Source: Vicugna vicugna (lineage: Eukaryota). From it: a DNA stretch of 64,000 bases. Positions 49,001-60,510 of this stretch are shown piece after piece. The notes beneath the pieces are model-generated. The model was not told the origin of the DNA. It saw nothing but the letters and a program-made list of their open reading frames with translations, and ran no database searches. The stretch covers positions 124,001 through 188,000 of the forward strand of contig MU058636.1 of the NCBI GenBank assembly GCA_013265495.1, read 5' to 3'. Every line of letters begins with the position of its first letter. The first letter of the stretch is position 1. The translations under genes were made by a program, and so were the position numbers.

Positions 49001-51822
49001 TTATTCATGGTCGATGGGGACATGAATTGTGACAGCTGTTTCAAGGGATGAGCTTGATAATATGTCAGATGCCGTCACCAGCATACTCTCTGACCTCAGA
49101 TTCTTATGCTTGGGATGTGAATAAAGCAGCGCACAGGTGTTTGTGGATGAAGATGTTCACTGCAGTAGCATTTATACAGTGAGGGCTAATGTGCCAAGGA
49201 AAGGGTTAGACATGAAGGTTATGATAACCGCTGTATCATCAATTCTCTGTGATCATTTAAAGTCATTTTAGGTGACATGGAAAATACTCACAAGCTGAGA
49301 AAATATGTTAAAATATCAGTTACAATCCTGATTGCCCTTAAAGATGTACATTAAGTGCAGAAAAAGGTAGGATGAAGCTCTGTGGATTTCTTTATTTTCT
49401 GTATTTTGTTAAATAAGCAAGTCTTGCTTTTTAGTCAGAAGTAAATTTTGGAAAAGCAGAAAGTGAGTCACTGCATCATTTTCTGAAGGAGCATTTTACT
49501 TTTCTACTTACTAGGTTTTTGCTGTTAATGCTATGAAATATGTGTTCTTACTGAGAGCTGTTGATATGTCTACAGAAAATAAAAACTTCATTTTTAAAAA
49601 ATTTGCTATTTTTGTATAATATTTAGGGAAGTTTGGTAATTCAACATATTTTAGTATTGTATTCCGGTAGGGCCTTAGAAAGTGTCAGATAAAGCTCTCA
49701 GGCGTTAAACTCCTAGGTGAGAAGATTTTTCAGGGAAGATAGTTGAAAAAGGAAGATTCTTGCTCTTGAAAGAAATAGATGCAAGTCAGACTCATGATTG
49801 TTTATATATACAGACATGTCTTTATAACGTGTGTGTGGAATCTGTGGCAAGCCATGACACGGCCCGGGGTTGAAGAGGCAGTCTAAGAAACCCTCAGCCG
49901 GTTCTGTTTAAATCTTACTTCATATTAACTTGAAACTTGTGTTTTGAATATACTGTTAAATTACCTATTTTTACACAAAGCTTTTTGAATTTTCTAGGTG
50001 ATAAGACAGGAACAAGACCAGAGTAAGTTTACAATTTAACTTTTAAAATATTTTATTTAAGGAGCTTTACATTTTAAATTGTAGGCAAATGGTACGGTTG
50101 AAGGTAAATGGAACCATATAGGCATTTAGAGGAAAAATTATTTTAGAGTTTTTGTCAAAGATAAAATAATCATAAGCTCCGGAGAGATTATGAAAGGTCA
50201 AATCTTTAAGAAAATTTATGACCATTTCTTTCTCAGAAGGGGTTGGTTTTTCTCCAGATAATATAAATAAATGCAAATATATGTCTCTGTCTTTTTAACT
50301 TAATAAATACTGGACAACTCGTGAAACTTTACTCTTGGAGCACCTTTTATTTATATGAACAAATGAAAAACACATGCTGTCTATATGTAAATTATGGTGC
50401 ATGCAGCATCTTTTCCTGATGACGGAGAGGACAGTGGCCTCCAGGTACATTGTGTGTGTTTGAAGATTGTTATCTTTCTTACCAATCATGCTTCCTCGTG
50501 TAATAGTTTGTATTACACTAAACAGCACATTTGTAAATGAGTGATGAGCTCGTGCCTCCCCACACCTCGTGTGGTGCATGGTACGTGGTTTAGCTGTGTC
50601 ACCACAGGAGGGAAGCTGAGAGCCTGCACTGTGCCTGGGACCTCACTCGGACGTCACGGCGTGCCCAGTGTCATTCATCCCTGAGTGCAGTGAATTGTCA
50701 TGATTCCTTTAAGCTGCTCCTGAGTCTTACTTTGTTGAAGAACAAATTGAGGTTATAAAATAATGACATTGTGGTCATCTCATCATGAGAAGTTTTGTAG
50801 ACTTTCTTTAGTGAACGCAGTGATATGTTTGAGCTGAATAAAATGCCAGGCATAGAATTTTTGAGCTGGAGGAACTTGGTTTAATACCTCATCCCATCTG
50901 TGGTGTTTTCTGGTTTTGTTCTCAAACATTGAGCTAAATGCCTCTGTGTACTTCCACTAGCTGCCAGTCTTCTTGGAAAAGACACCTCCACGTCAGACGG
51001 ATTGCTAGTTATCTTAGTTATCTTATAGGCCAGGAAATTTCTTGTTCTGCATAAAGAACTTTGAGATTATGTAAGAAAGCTATAAATGGGGGATGCTTTC
51101 TCTCTTTTTTGCATCTTAACACATACTCTTAAAACTCAGCCGTTTGCTTTCTACAGTCGCAGCGGTTTTAATGTGTCTGTGGCATCTTTCTCAGGGACAG
51201 TAAAGCCTTGAAGGATGAACATCTGCCTCCTGTCATCTGCCAAGACGTTGACAATCTCCAGTAAGTGTGTCAAGTGTGATTAGTGGATAAATCATACGTG
51301 AAGACTTTAGGGGGAACATCTCCTCTTCTTCCTGAACGTTTTAAGTTGGGTTAACATTTTAATGCTTTTAGAAATTAGACTGCAGAACAATTGAATTAAG
51401 GAATTAAAATTCTTAACTGCCATTCTGTAGAAAGCATCTGAAATGTAGATGAATTTTTAGTATTTGCTTCTTAAAAACACCTGGACTTTAAACTCTGACC
51501 AACCTATTGTAAGTATAGAAAAATAGAAAGCCAAAGGTGAATTTTTTTTAACTCAAATCTGTTTTTTTTTTTTTTTTTTTTTTTTTTTTGTAAATTTTTT
51601 TAAGAAATTTGTGAAGGAACAGAAACAGGTCCAAGAAGAAATTAGTAGAATGTCTTCAAAAGCGATGCTTAAAGTACAAGAAGATATTAAAGCTCTGAAG
51701 CAGCTTTTGTCATTGGCTGCCAGTGGGTTACAGAGAAACACTCTCAATATTGACAAATTGAAAGTAGAAACTGCTCAGGTAAATTAACTTACTGTCATTT
51801 TATTGTAGGATTCTTTTTTTTT

Positions 51823-51868
<46 letters not shown>

Positions 51869-54800
51869 TGCTTGCTTTTTTCAAATAGAAAAATAGGTCT
51901 TTTTAAAATTATAAAGTTTAATACGGACATACTATTTAAGAAAACCACGTAGCTTGTGTACTTTTAAGTTGCTATACTAGTAGTTCCTAGTTTGTTTTGA
52001 GTGCTTACCGCGTACAAGGCGGTATCTGAGCCGTCAGGCCTGTTACCCAGTGCGCCTTCACGGCGGCCCTGTGAGGCTGGCGCTGCTGTTAGCCCCAAAT
52101 GGGAAAGCAGACAGAGAGCTTTGTTCCTGGTGACTTTGCAGCTTGGGCTCCTCACTGTTGCCTGCTGCCTGAACCGTATGTTACACAAGGAGAGAAAACG
52201 TTTTTACGTCAGTGATCAAATAAAAATTATGTTTTATAGCTATTAAATTCTGATGACTTGCTAGTCTAGTTAGGTCTTAGCTAATAAAAATGATAATGAG
52301 GCTAATAACCTGTCACTAATGTCTACTTGCTTTTTGTCCCTGGTGTCATATGCAGCGTAGAATGCATTGGATGGTGGTGGGCGGTTTGCTTGTGTTTTAT
52401 GCTCCACAGTTACATGGTGTACTGGATGTGACCTCGGCAGTCTAGAAACCTTGCCCTAAAGTTTTCCCTGGTCTGTTACTGAACTTCCTGACCCCTGCTT
52501 TTAATAGGCTTGCCAGAGTGCTATGCTCTTCATAAATTAAGTGGTAATATTTTAAGTAAAAATTTTGAAGGTACTTATGTGTCCTTTTTTGTTGAAGTAT
52601 AATGGATGTACATTAGTTTTAGGTGTACAACATGATTCAATATTTGTATGTATTGTGAAATGACCCACAGAAGTCTAGTTAACGCCCACCACCACAAATA
52701 GTTAATACTTTTTTCCCCTCTTGTAGTGAGAACTTTGAAGATCTGCTGTCTTAGCAACTTCCAAATATAAAATGTAGTGTTATTAACTACGGTCACCACA
52801 TTGTATGTTACATCCCCAGGACTCAATTTTTTTGTAACTGGGAGTTTGTACCTGCTTATGTGTCTTCAAGTCAACTACTGGAGAATACTTCATGACATTT
52901 TTAATTAAAATGTGTTACTAAAATAGCTAATCTAAGCTATGATGTTTAAAGGGAATTCAAAGGCTTTATTGCTTGCTTTTAGGTTTCTTGGTCACTTAAC
53001 AAATTCTGTGGTTAAAGATGAGTAAAGTGTTCTCCCATGTTTGCCTCCCACTTACTCTTCCCAGTGCAGGAAGAGTATGTCGTCAGCTGTGCACTTTCTA
53101 GGAGGAAGAGCATCTTAGTTGTGCCTTTAGACTGTGGAGAATGCTTAGACTCCAAGCACTTACAGGAAATTATAAATTTAATGTGTGAAATTACATGAAA
53201 TTACACAAAAGTCTCCTGAGTTAAGTTCAGAACAGTTTATAGGAGATCTCACATTTGGTCTGAGATTACTCTTAATCCCAGTATACGGGAATTCGTGCTT
53301 TACTTCAGTCTAGCGAGTTACAAACTGGAAAAAAAGTTCTGACTTCCTTAGTGAAGTAGTTACCCATCTTATTTAAGCCCTAAACCTCTGCTTCAAAGAA
53401 GGCTTTCCTGGGAAATACAAATAGTCCAAAGGTAAACCAGTGTTGTGATTACAAAGACCAGACCCTCATGGAAGTAGAGTCTCTCACATGCCCCACGTTG
53501 GGGATGAAACTCGAGAGCTGGAATAAGGATGGGTAATGTTCTTTTCTGTGAGCAGCATAGGTGCCAGATGGTTTGCTGCAGTTACATTGTCAAGTGCATG
53601 TAATCAGAGGATGTTTTTAAGGGTCTGTTATGTGCAGGGCACTTCATTGGGTTTTTGGGGATCAAAGCACTTAAAATATGCTAGGGAAGGTGAGCTCTAG
53701 CGGGCAGGTAATGTGTTCCAGGTACAAGGCGTCGTGGGGCCCACAGAGGACTCAGGTGGGCATTTCCTCCACCTGTCCGAGCAGGACAGGGTAGCAGTGG
53801 TGCCCTGAGCCTTGAAACCTGCATAGGTGCTCCCCTGGCTGGCAGGAGGGAAGGAGAGCAGCTGAGGGTGGGGAGGAGGCATGTGTGAGGATCTGCATGC
53901 CGCTTAGCGTCATAGGAGGCTTAAGTGGAGGTTGCAGAAGCAGTGAAATGATAGGAATGTGGAATGTGAGTGGGTTAAACAGGTTATGAGTTAAAACCAT
54001 AGGCTAGAGGGTAGAAATGGCTTTGAGGGAGAGTAGAGGGCAGTGTAAGAAGGGTTAAGTGTGAGAGCTTTAAAAGAATTGGGCTGCCTAGATGCCTAGA
54101 CTGGTGCTCATCAGGCCTTCCAGCTGCCTGGCCTGGGGCAAGAGTGCGTCCCGTCTCTGTGGCTGCCTCGTGTTTAACTACGTTAGAGGTTGTTCCTGGA
54201 GACTCGCCCCCTTGACTGTGGAGCTTGGTGCTTAGTAAGTGCTCAGAGTGTCAGCTGCTGTCGTCGATCTCAGTGTTAGTACTGCTACCTTGCTTTTTAA
54301 AAATAATGTTTTCTACAATTGTATATTAAAGATTTTTAAATCGTAACATAGTCTTTAACTATGGATGAGTTAACTTCATGAATCCTACAGAAACTCATAG
54401 GTTCTTACGATAGACCAGCAGCTCCTTATAAACTTATAAAGTTTGTTAAAAGTGATCTGTCTTCCCTGGAAAGAGGCTTTAGCAGCTTGTAAGGGAGCTT
54501 CATCTGTAGTATGTTCTCATTGCTTGAGGCTCTGAGATGGCACTGTCGAAGTTTCAGTCCAGAGAGAGTTGGTATTTTTAGCCTAACTTTTAACTGGCTT
54601 TTTTCTTTTTTGTAAACTTCTATTATATTAGGAGTTAAAAAATGCTGAAATAGCTTTAAGAACCCAGAAAACACCACCTGGACTCCAACATGAAAATACA
54701 GCTCCTGCTGAGTAAGTTACTGGATTGTTTTTAAACAGATGTTTCTTACTCTAAGAAAGCAGAACAGTAAAAACAATATACAGGCTAGGAGTTTTTAGTT

Positions 54801-57800
54801 CATTTTGCAGCAAGCCTGGACACTGTTTATATGGATTCTTAAATTGAATTCTCATAATAACTCTAAGAGGGTACATTATCCCCATTTTACCGAAGGGTAA
54901 GTGAAGGCCGAGGTCTGGGCTTTTAACCAGTATTTTGCAGTTGCACTTCATGTTGCTTACAGGGTCTGTTCCACTTGATTAAATTTTGCAGATGGTAGAA
55001 ACTTACATTTTTACCCGTAAGGACTTTGAGTTTAAAAATAATTTTATGATATTATTAAAATAATTAAATTAAAAAATAATTTTAAAAAAATATTTAAAGT
55101 AATTCTATGCTCTTCCTTAAACAAGACATACTAAATATATTTTAACCTTTTTGCTTATTTCCATAACTTTCATTTGCACAGGAGAAATCTTTAGGAAGAA
55201 ACATTAGGAAGTATATATAGATCAGTAAAATCGAAGAGTCCGCCTGCCCCCAGCTTGTATATTCATGTTGCTTCTGTACATGAGATGTACATCTGGTCTG
55301 TTTTTCACACCCTTTCATGTTGCTCAGGATAATAATAGCTAATGTCGTCCCATGCCTGCCGTGCACCAGGCAGTGTGCTCGGCGCCCTGTGCGGTGTCTG
55401 AGCTCCCACACAGCCCCTCAGCCCTCCCCCGCAGGCTCAGCACTGAGGAGCTGAGGAGCAAAGCGGTCAAGTCCTGAGCTTGTGGGCAGCAGGCTTCTGT
55501 CTAACTCGTGGTCCCTCACCCTTTTTATTGTAATTTCAGGCAGTTTCAAGAATAAAACAAAGACTTCTCATTTATCTTTCATCCAGATTCCCTACGTGCT
55601 AACATTTTTACTGTATTTGTTTTGTTCCTCGCTCTCCATATGCGTAAATACAGTTTTCCCCTGAGCAGTTACAAGTTGTTTGCAGACATGATGCTCTTTA
55701 CGCTTAAGGACTTCAGAGTGTGTTTCTTAAACCTACGGACCTTCTCTCACACTCGCACAGTACAGTGATCAAAACCAGGAGACTGTTACCTCACTCTGAG
55801 CAGCACGGGGCGGGCCTCGTCGCTGGGCTCCTCAGTGTCCTGCCCGCGCTCTGCCCTTCATGCTGCTGTCAGAGCTGATTTTGAAATGGGTTGAATTGTG
55901 TGTTTTCCCACTGCAGAGCACTTTCACGATTCCCCATTTCTTACAGAGTAATGTCCAGACTGCTCTGCATGTTATTCAAGGCCCCTTTTTATTCTCTGGT
56001 TAAATTTATCAGGATAGTCCTCGTAATTACATATTCTTCCTGTAGTACACTGTAGTGTTCTCAGATTATAAATGGTGTTTCAGATTTTAAGAACTGTAAG
56101 AACTTGGTTGTAAAATCTGGTTGACAGTTGCACTTTTTTTTAACGTATTCTTTTGGATTTTAGAGTTGCAAAAATAGTAGTACAAAGAATTTCCTTATAT
56201 CCCCTTACCTCCTTCCCTTAATCATAGTGTAATTATCACAGGCAGGAGATTAACATTGACACATATTAACCAACCTACAGACTATTTGAATTTTACTGAC
56301 CTTTCCACCAAGGTACGTTTTCTATTTTAGGATCCTTTTCACACTGCATTTAGTTGTTATTCCAGTGTGTAACATTTATTCAGTCTTTCCTTTTCTTTGA
56401 TGACATTCACATTTTTGAAGAGTATTAAGTCATTTTGTAGGTTATCCTTTAATTGGGATTTTTCATGATTGGGGTAAGGATGTGCATCTATTTTTGATAT
56501 CTCATTAACTTACAAGTTTGGGTTTTTGTTTCACTAATTAATGTCTGTGTCACTTAAAGATACGTTGTGTCATCAGACTAATTCAAAGGCCCTACTTAAA
56601 TAGGAGCATATCTTTGTTTGGTATTTTGAGTGTGAAAGAAACAGTGCTTTAAAACTGTGACCTGCCTTTGTGAATGTGTTTGTGTAGCTACTTCAGGGTC
56701 TTGGTTCAGCAGTTCGAGGTGCAGCTCCAGCAGTACAGACAACAGATTGAAGAGCTGGAAAACCATCTTGCCACCCAAGCCAACAATTCACATATCACCC
56801 CTCAAGGTAACATGCTTCCTGTGCTCATTTTTTTAATAGCACTCATTTTTTTGTTTGTTTTTGGTAAGAGAGTTTAAGCTGTTGTATTGGAGTAGATACT
56901 CTAGATTATTACTAGTAGTTATCTCAAGCTGCCGTAAGAAAGTTTCCTTACAAGTCCTTGGTTAGACCTTTGTTCCCTATAAGTATAAAAAGCTTGATTA
57001 TGAATTGTACTGTGTAGCAGGCAGTTATTCTAGGGTCCCCACCTCCCCGCCAGGTGACTGATGGAGAATCTTCTCAGTCTGCTGTGCTGTCTGCTCACAT
57101 CCGTGGAAATACTGTGTAGTTTCTTCATCCTACACATTAACTGTACCCAAAACTGGACTCAAGTAATAGAAAAATAATATTGAATCTGTTATATACATAT
57201 TTGTGTGATAATACAATTTTCTTTTATAGATTTATCAATGGCTATGCAGAAAATTTATCAAACGTTTGTAGCTTTAGCTGCACAACTTCAGTCTATTCAT
57301 GAAAATGTAAAGGTAAGTTTTCACTGCCTGTTCAGCTCTCTGGACATCTACACCCAAGTCAAGTATTTGTTTCATTTGCAGGACAAAAGTATCCATGCTT
57401 ACTCCAGAAATAGCGAAAATTACACATAAGTGAAAAAGAATAAAACTAAAATAATCCGTAATTTCGCAGATATAACCATGGATAGGATCTTTTTTTTAAA
57501 ATAAAAGATCCAAGTCTCTTGTGCAATCTGCTATTTTAACTTTTTCAGCAGTACATTGTGAGCAGCTTTCCATGTTCATACGCATACTTCTTCGACATCA
57601 TTCTTAGCAGTTACGCAGGATTTCATTGCATGTATGTGTGTAGTTTGTTTAACCCGTCGCCTTTCGTTGGACGTTGAGGTTGTTTCCATCTCTTTACCCT
57701 TATAAACAGAACATTCTTAGTAGCAAAATTGTTCCACACTGCTGCTTTAATACTATGTATGTTTTAAATGTTTATTGGCCCCTACATAAGAAAATCTGCT

Positions 57801-60487
57801 TACAACATTTGTCCCTTCTAAATACAGGGAACTGTTTGTATTTATTAACTAATAAAAATAAAACAATTTGTCACTGAATGTTTTGAACCTAGTGCCATAT
57901 GTTCATTTTTAAAATTTATTTGGGTGAAATGTTAAATATAAGTACACCTTGTCCAGTCAGGCAAATGTAATTAAATCTTCCTTGGAATTAAATACTGTCA
58001 GAGAAAAACCTTTAAAATTCAAAGCATTCAAACTTGAGTCTTAAGTAAATTCTTAACTGTATAGAATGGAATTTAATCACAATTATCATTTATATTTCAA
58101 TCTGATGATGGTAATAGAATTTTTTAAGGTAACCATTTAAATCATACCATTTTTGAAGTGATAGCACACTTCAGTACTTTTGCTTTCATAGATTTGAAAT
58201 TTTAAACCAAATCTTTAGTTTCAAAGGATTGGAATTTTTATTAAATTCTCTTGAAACTATCTATAGTAAGTATCAGTTTAATTTTGTAAAGTGCTAAAGA
58301 TGATTCTCTTTTGGCACTTTGAAGTCTGTGCTGTGCATTTTTTTTTTTTGCTTCAGTTTTATTATGAAAGTTTTCAGATACAGACATAGAGCACTATTAT
58401 ACGCCACCCACCTCCAGCCGTTATCAAGATCCTGCTGGTCTTATCTGATCGCTTCTCCACACAGATGTGCTTTTCCCTGGCATATTTTAAAGCAGATCTC
58501 AGACATGTCATTTGTAAATATACATGCTTTTTCCATGGTAGTGTCTCCTCTCTAGTTTGAAAACTACCCTTTTCAGTAATATGACCATAAAACAGTAAGA
58601 TAGATATTTGCACAGAACAGCCACAGATTGTATTGGATAAACTTCATATGAAATTTTGACCTATTTTTTTTTAATACACATTCCCAAGAACCAGAGAATG
58701 TTTCATGATCAGGTTTGACATATTGCCATTTATTTTCAGCTGTGTGTAGCAAACTGTAATTTCTAGACTTGGTCGCTTCATACAGAAATCTCATAAGAGG
58801 TGTTCTTTTGCTCCTTTTGTGTTGTTATTCCTGAGGTAACCTGTTGAAACAGGCTTAAGCTACCTGATCAGCCAGGCCTCCGTGACATTACAAAATTAGG
58901 CATAAATTTTATCAGTTAATTCTATAAATCATGGCTGGCATCAGTGGGTTTTTTTGGTGGTGATTGTTTTTTAAACTAATTGTCTATTTCACGTTTCTAA
59001 GGCAGGTCATTATTTCCCATTATCTGAAGTAAAACTAAAATCTATGGGCTATTGATGCCACACATTGCATGGGTGTGTATTCATAATTGCACAGAAAAGG
59101 GAGGATGTGTTTGGGGCAGATTCGCTCTAAGAAGATTTGTTTTTTGGATGTCACATACCCTGCTTGTGAATGTATTTTTCCCAATTTTCAGTTCTTGGCC
59201 GGCCCACTTCAGCACGTTGTAGAGGTGGGAAGGTGGGACACACCCTGATGTCCACACAGAAGGAGGTGATAGCTTTTAAGTACTGTGAATAACAGGAAGA
59301 TTTCTAAGTGCTGTACCAGTTACAACCAAAAACCCTGATATTTATTAATTTCTGCTAAGAACAGTTTGGAAATACGAAAATATACACCTCTTCCAAAAGT
59401 GGTATAAAACTGATCTTAATTAAACCCTTAATGAAAGTACTTAATAATTCTAATGTTAAACATAATCATTCCTATTAATGGCCTTAATTAAGGCGATGTT
59501 GCATTTCGTGTAAACCAGCCCCCTTTATGGATTTGGGAGCTTTGCTTCCCCACCCTGTAATGACAACCCTGCGCAAGCTCAGCCTGGGTCACTCTCGCTG
59601 TGAAATAACACTGACGAAGTAAGACCCTGCTTCACGCCTCCAGGCTCTCGCTGCTTAGGGGGGTCTTACTGTCCTGTGTGTCACCTAGGCCTTTCTGGAA
59701 GGTGTTCAGCAAATACACATTCAGTAGGCTTTTTTTAAAAATTGTTTTGGGGGGGTGGGGGGAGGTAATTAGGGTTATTTGTTTTATTTTAGAGGCGGTG
59801 CTGCTGTTGAACCCAGGACCTTGTGCATGCTGAGCACTCAGTCTACCGCTTGAGCTGTGCCCCCCTCCCCAGTAGGCTTTTTAAAAAAGCTTTTTGAATC
59901 TTAAAGTTATCAAAAGGTTGGCTACTGGAGGGGAATTTTTCATGAAAAAGTGGAATATTTATTAAAATGGAATTTTTTAGGTATTAAACTTGTCTGAAAG
60001 CTTGACTAACTTTAAAGAGGGTTTCATGAAGCCAGGAATTTGAGCAGTCGATTGAAAAGACATGACTAAAATAGGGAAGAAAATATTCAAAGGTGTGAAC
60101 TCTGAGCTCATCACTTCCCACACCATGCGCATGGCCATGCTAGCACTCTGATTTGCAGGTTAGATACCGTGTATAATGTTACCAGTGTTTTTGATCCGTC
60201 TTTGTTAACTTATTTCACGGTTATATTCATTCTCACATCACTAAAGTAAACACAGAACTTGACTAACCTTTTTTCCTTCCTATAGGTGCTCAAAGAACAG
60301 TACCTTGGCTACAGGAAAATGTTCTTGGGAGATGCTGTAGATGTGTTTGAAGCCAGGCGAGCAGAAGCCAAGAAGTGGCAGAACGCGCCCAGAGTTACTA
60401 CTGGACCCACCCCTTTCAGCAACATGCCAAACGCAGCAGCCGTTGCCATGGCTGCGACACTTACACAGCAGCAACAGCCTGCTACAG
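30784..60487 (+). CDS. NUP58: Nucleoporin p58/p45, exons 1-13 (partial; 3' exons lie beyond the window)
   Basis: FG-rich N-terminus [13 protein letters not shown], then coiled-coil exons; 107+143+36+156+138+111+25+66+175+80+119+83+202=1441 nt in phase (exon 9 acceptor anomalous); head-to-head with MTMR6 as in other mammals. Confidence 0.95.
33060..33262. mobile_element. MIR SINE relic
   Basis: GCCTCAGTTCCCATATCTGGAAAAGGGG...ACCTCAGAGAGTTGTT...GTGCTCAGTAAATG. Confidence 0.6.
35035..35177 (+). CDS. NUP58: NUP58 exon 2 ([12 protein letters not shown]...GFTLGGTNT)
   Basis: caag|CAA ... CAG|gtaagg; 143 nt; FG motifs. Confidence 0.93.
36209..36244 (+). CDS. NUP58: NUP58 exon 3, 36-nt symmetric exon ([12 protein letters not shown])
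   Basis: ccccag|CAA ... TGG|gtaagg; frame-preserving. Confidence 0.88.
36981..37136 (+). CDS. NUP58: NUP58 exon 4 ([20 protein letters not shown]...TSAPA)
   Basis: aacag|GCA ... CAG|gtgcgg; 156 nt. Confidence 0.9.
37763..37900 (+). CDS. NUP58: NUP58 exon 5 ([12 protein letters not shown]...STNTAAS)
   Basis: ttgcag|CAT ... CAG|gtgatg; 138 nt. Confidence 0.93.
38768..38892 (-). mobile_element. Old L1 3' end fragment
   Basis: CCCAGCCTTGTTGAGGTATAATTGAC...TTAACACATCC, typical antisense L1MA 3' terminus. Confidence 0.6.
39258..39368 (+). CDS. NUP58: NUP58 exon 6 ([12 protein letters not shown]...DFSSSSDKK)
   Basis: ttgcag|GAC ... AGA|gtaagt; 111 nt. Confidence 0.94.
40477..44274 (-). CDS. L1 ORF2p (1265 aa; APE endonuclease, reverse transcriptase, Cys-rich C-terminus)
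   Basis: Uninterrupted; [47 protein letters not shown]. Confidence 0.97.
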   Translation of the reverse strand: MAINTHLSLITVNVNGLNAPVKRHRVADWIIKQEPSICCIQETHFREKDTYRLRVKGWKRIFHANGKAKKAGVAVLISDKIDFKTKAIKKDKEGHFIMIKGVIQDEDITLVNIYAPNIGAPKYIQELLTEIKGDIDGNTIIVGDFNTALTSLDRSSRQKINKATEKLNTTIEKLDLVDIFRALHPQKIEYTFFSSAHGTFSRIDHVLGHKRNLNKFKKIEIISSIFTDHNAMKLEINNRETKEKKRKAWRLNNMLLKKQWINEEIKAEIKKYLETNDNESTTTQNLWDTAKAVLRGKFIAIQAFLKKEEQSQINKLTHHLNQLEKEEQKAPKSSRRKEIIKIREELNTIEINKTIEKINQTKSWFFEKVNKIDKPLAKLTKKKKERAQISKIRKENGEITTNKIEIQNIIREYYEKLYGTKLDNLEEMDKFLETYCPPKLNQEETEHLNNPITRKEIEIAIKNLPTNKSPGPDGFTGEFYQTYKEELIPVLLKLFQTIEKEGILPNSFYEATITLIPKPGKDTTKKENYRPISLMNIDAKILTKILANRIQQHIKKIIHHDQVGFIPGTQGWFNIRKSINVIHHINKRKDKNHMIISIDAEKAFDKIQHPFMIKTLAKVGIEGTYLNIIKAIYDKPIASIVLNGEKLKSFPLKSGTRQGCPLSPLLFNIVLEVLATAIRQEKEIKGIQIGKEEVKVSLYADDMLLYIENPKRSTKKLLELIEEFSKVAGYKINVQKSVAFLYTNDKSTEKESKETIPFKIAPKVIKYLGINLTKEVKELYTENYKPLMKEIKEDFKKWKDIPCSWIGRINIVKMVTLPKAIYRFNAIPIQLPRTYFTELEQIIIKFIWNHQRPRIAKALLKRKKEAGGITLPDFRQYYRATVIKTAWYWYQNRHIDQWNRIESPEMNPQTFGQLIFDKGGKNIQWNKDSLFSKWCWENWTAACKTMKLEHTLTPYTKINSKWIKDLNIRQDTINLLEENIGKTLSDIHFKNFLLEEIKARINKWDLMKLTSFCRAKETRNKTRRKPTEWEKIFASETDKGLISKIYKQLIRLNKKKINNPIQKWAEDLNKQFSKEDIQMIKKHMKKCSISLIIREMQIKTTMRYHLTPVRMAVIQKSKNDKCWRGCGERGTLLHCWWECSLVQPLWKTVWRFLKRLGIDLPYDPGIPLLGLYPEGNLLQDDTCTPMFIAALFTIAKTWKQPKCPSTGDWIKKMWYIYTMEYYSAIKTDNITPFAATWMLLENVILSEVSQKEKEKYHMRLLICGI
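44672..45574 (-). CDS. L1 ORF1p (300 aa; coiled coil, RRM, CTD)
   Basis: Uninterrupted; motifs [30 protein letters not shown]. Confidence 0.95.
   Translation of the reverse strand: MSKMKKQRNLSQLKEQEESPERKLNEIDIDSLLDQDFKKGVIKLLKELKEIVLREIKYVKNEIEAIKKSQAEWVNSLTEMRNDLIAVQSRLVNAEERISDLEDRATESTHSEELQDKQIKNNDNSIRDLWDNIKRPNLRIIGVPEGEEGSKGIEKVFEEIMTENFPNLKKESDIQVQEAQRVPNRKNPNRPTPRHIIIKMARVKDKEMILKAAREKQRVNYKGTPIRLSADFSTQTLQARREWQDIFKALNEKKMQPRILYPARLSFRIEGEIKSFTDKKKLQEFSNTKPMLKEILKGLF
45981..46186. other. Assembly gap (N run) in L1 5'UTR
   Basis: Run of n. Confidence 1.
46514..46987. other. Assembly gap (N run) in L1 5'UTR
   Basis: Run of n. Confidence 1.
49998..50022 (+). CDS. NUP58: NUP58 exon 7, 25-nt micro-exon (SDKTGTRPE)
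   Basis: ttctag|GTG ... AGA|gtaagt; required for phase. Confidence 0.92.
51195..51260 (+). CDS. NUP58: NUP58 exon 8 ([22 protein letters not shown])
   Basis: tctcag|GGA ... CCA|gtaagt; 66 nt. Confidence 0.94.
51562..51862. repeat. Long poly-T tracts on both sides of NUP58 exon 9 (51562-51589 and ~51811-51862)
   Basis: Seen directly. Confidence 0.95.
51604..51778 (+). CDS. NUP58: NUP58 exon 9 ([16 protein letters not shown]...KVETAQ); acceptor non-canonical as assembled
   Basis: Phase requires start at G51604, which is preceded by AA not AG; donor CAG|gtaaat; 175 nt. Confidence 0.88.
52584..52854 (-). mobile_element. 5'-truncated L1 (L1MA-like) 3' end
   Basis: T-run then GTTGAAGTATA...GTTTTAGGTGTACAACA...; TSD CTTATGTGTC at 52574-52583 and 52855-52864. 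Confidence 0.82.
54632..54711 (+). CDS. NUP58: NUP58 exon 10 ([26 protein letters not shown])
   Basis: attag|GAG ... TGA|gtaagt; 80 nt. Confidence 0.95.
56688..56806 (+). CDS. NUP58: NUP58 exon 11 ([24 protein letters not shown]...ITPQ)
   Basis: tgtag|CTA ... AAG|gtaaca; 119 nt. Confidence 0.95.
57230..57312 (+). CDS. NUP58: NUP58 exon 12 ([28 protein letters not shown])
   Basis: tatag|ATT ... AAG|gtaagt; 83 nt. Confidence 0.95.
59735..59870 (-). mobile_element. Vic-1-like tRNA-derived SINE
   Basis: Reverse complement GGGGAGGGGGGCACAGCTCAAGCGGTAGA...GGTCCTGGGTTCAAC; TSD AGTAGGCTTTTT at 59723-59734 and 59871-59882. Confidence 0.85.
60286..60487 (+). CDS. NUP58: NUP58 exon 13 ([16 protein letters not shown]...QQQPAT)
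   Basis: branch-point-like GACTAAC at 60261, tatag|GTG ... CAG|gtctga; 202 nt. Confidence 0.95.
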
Positions 60488-60510
60488 GTCTGAGTGCATT
60501 CACGTTATAG
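60488..60510 (+). CDS. NUP58: Intron-13 read-through C-terminus (GLSAFTL*) giving a Nup45-type short isoform, 487 aa
   Basis: Frame continues across the donor to TAG at 60508-60510; resembles the p45 isoform ending as I recall it. Confidence 0.75.
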
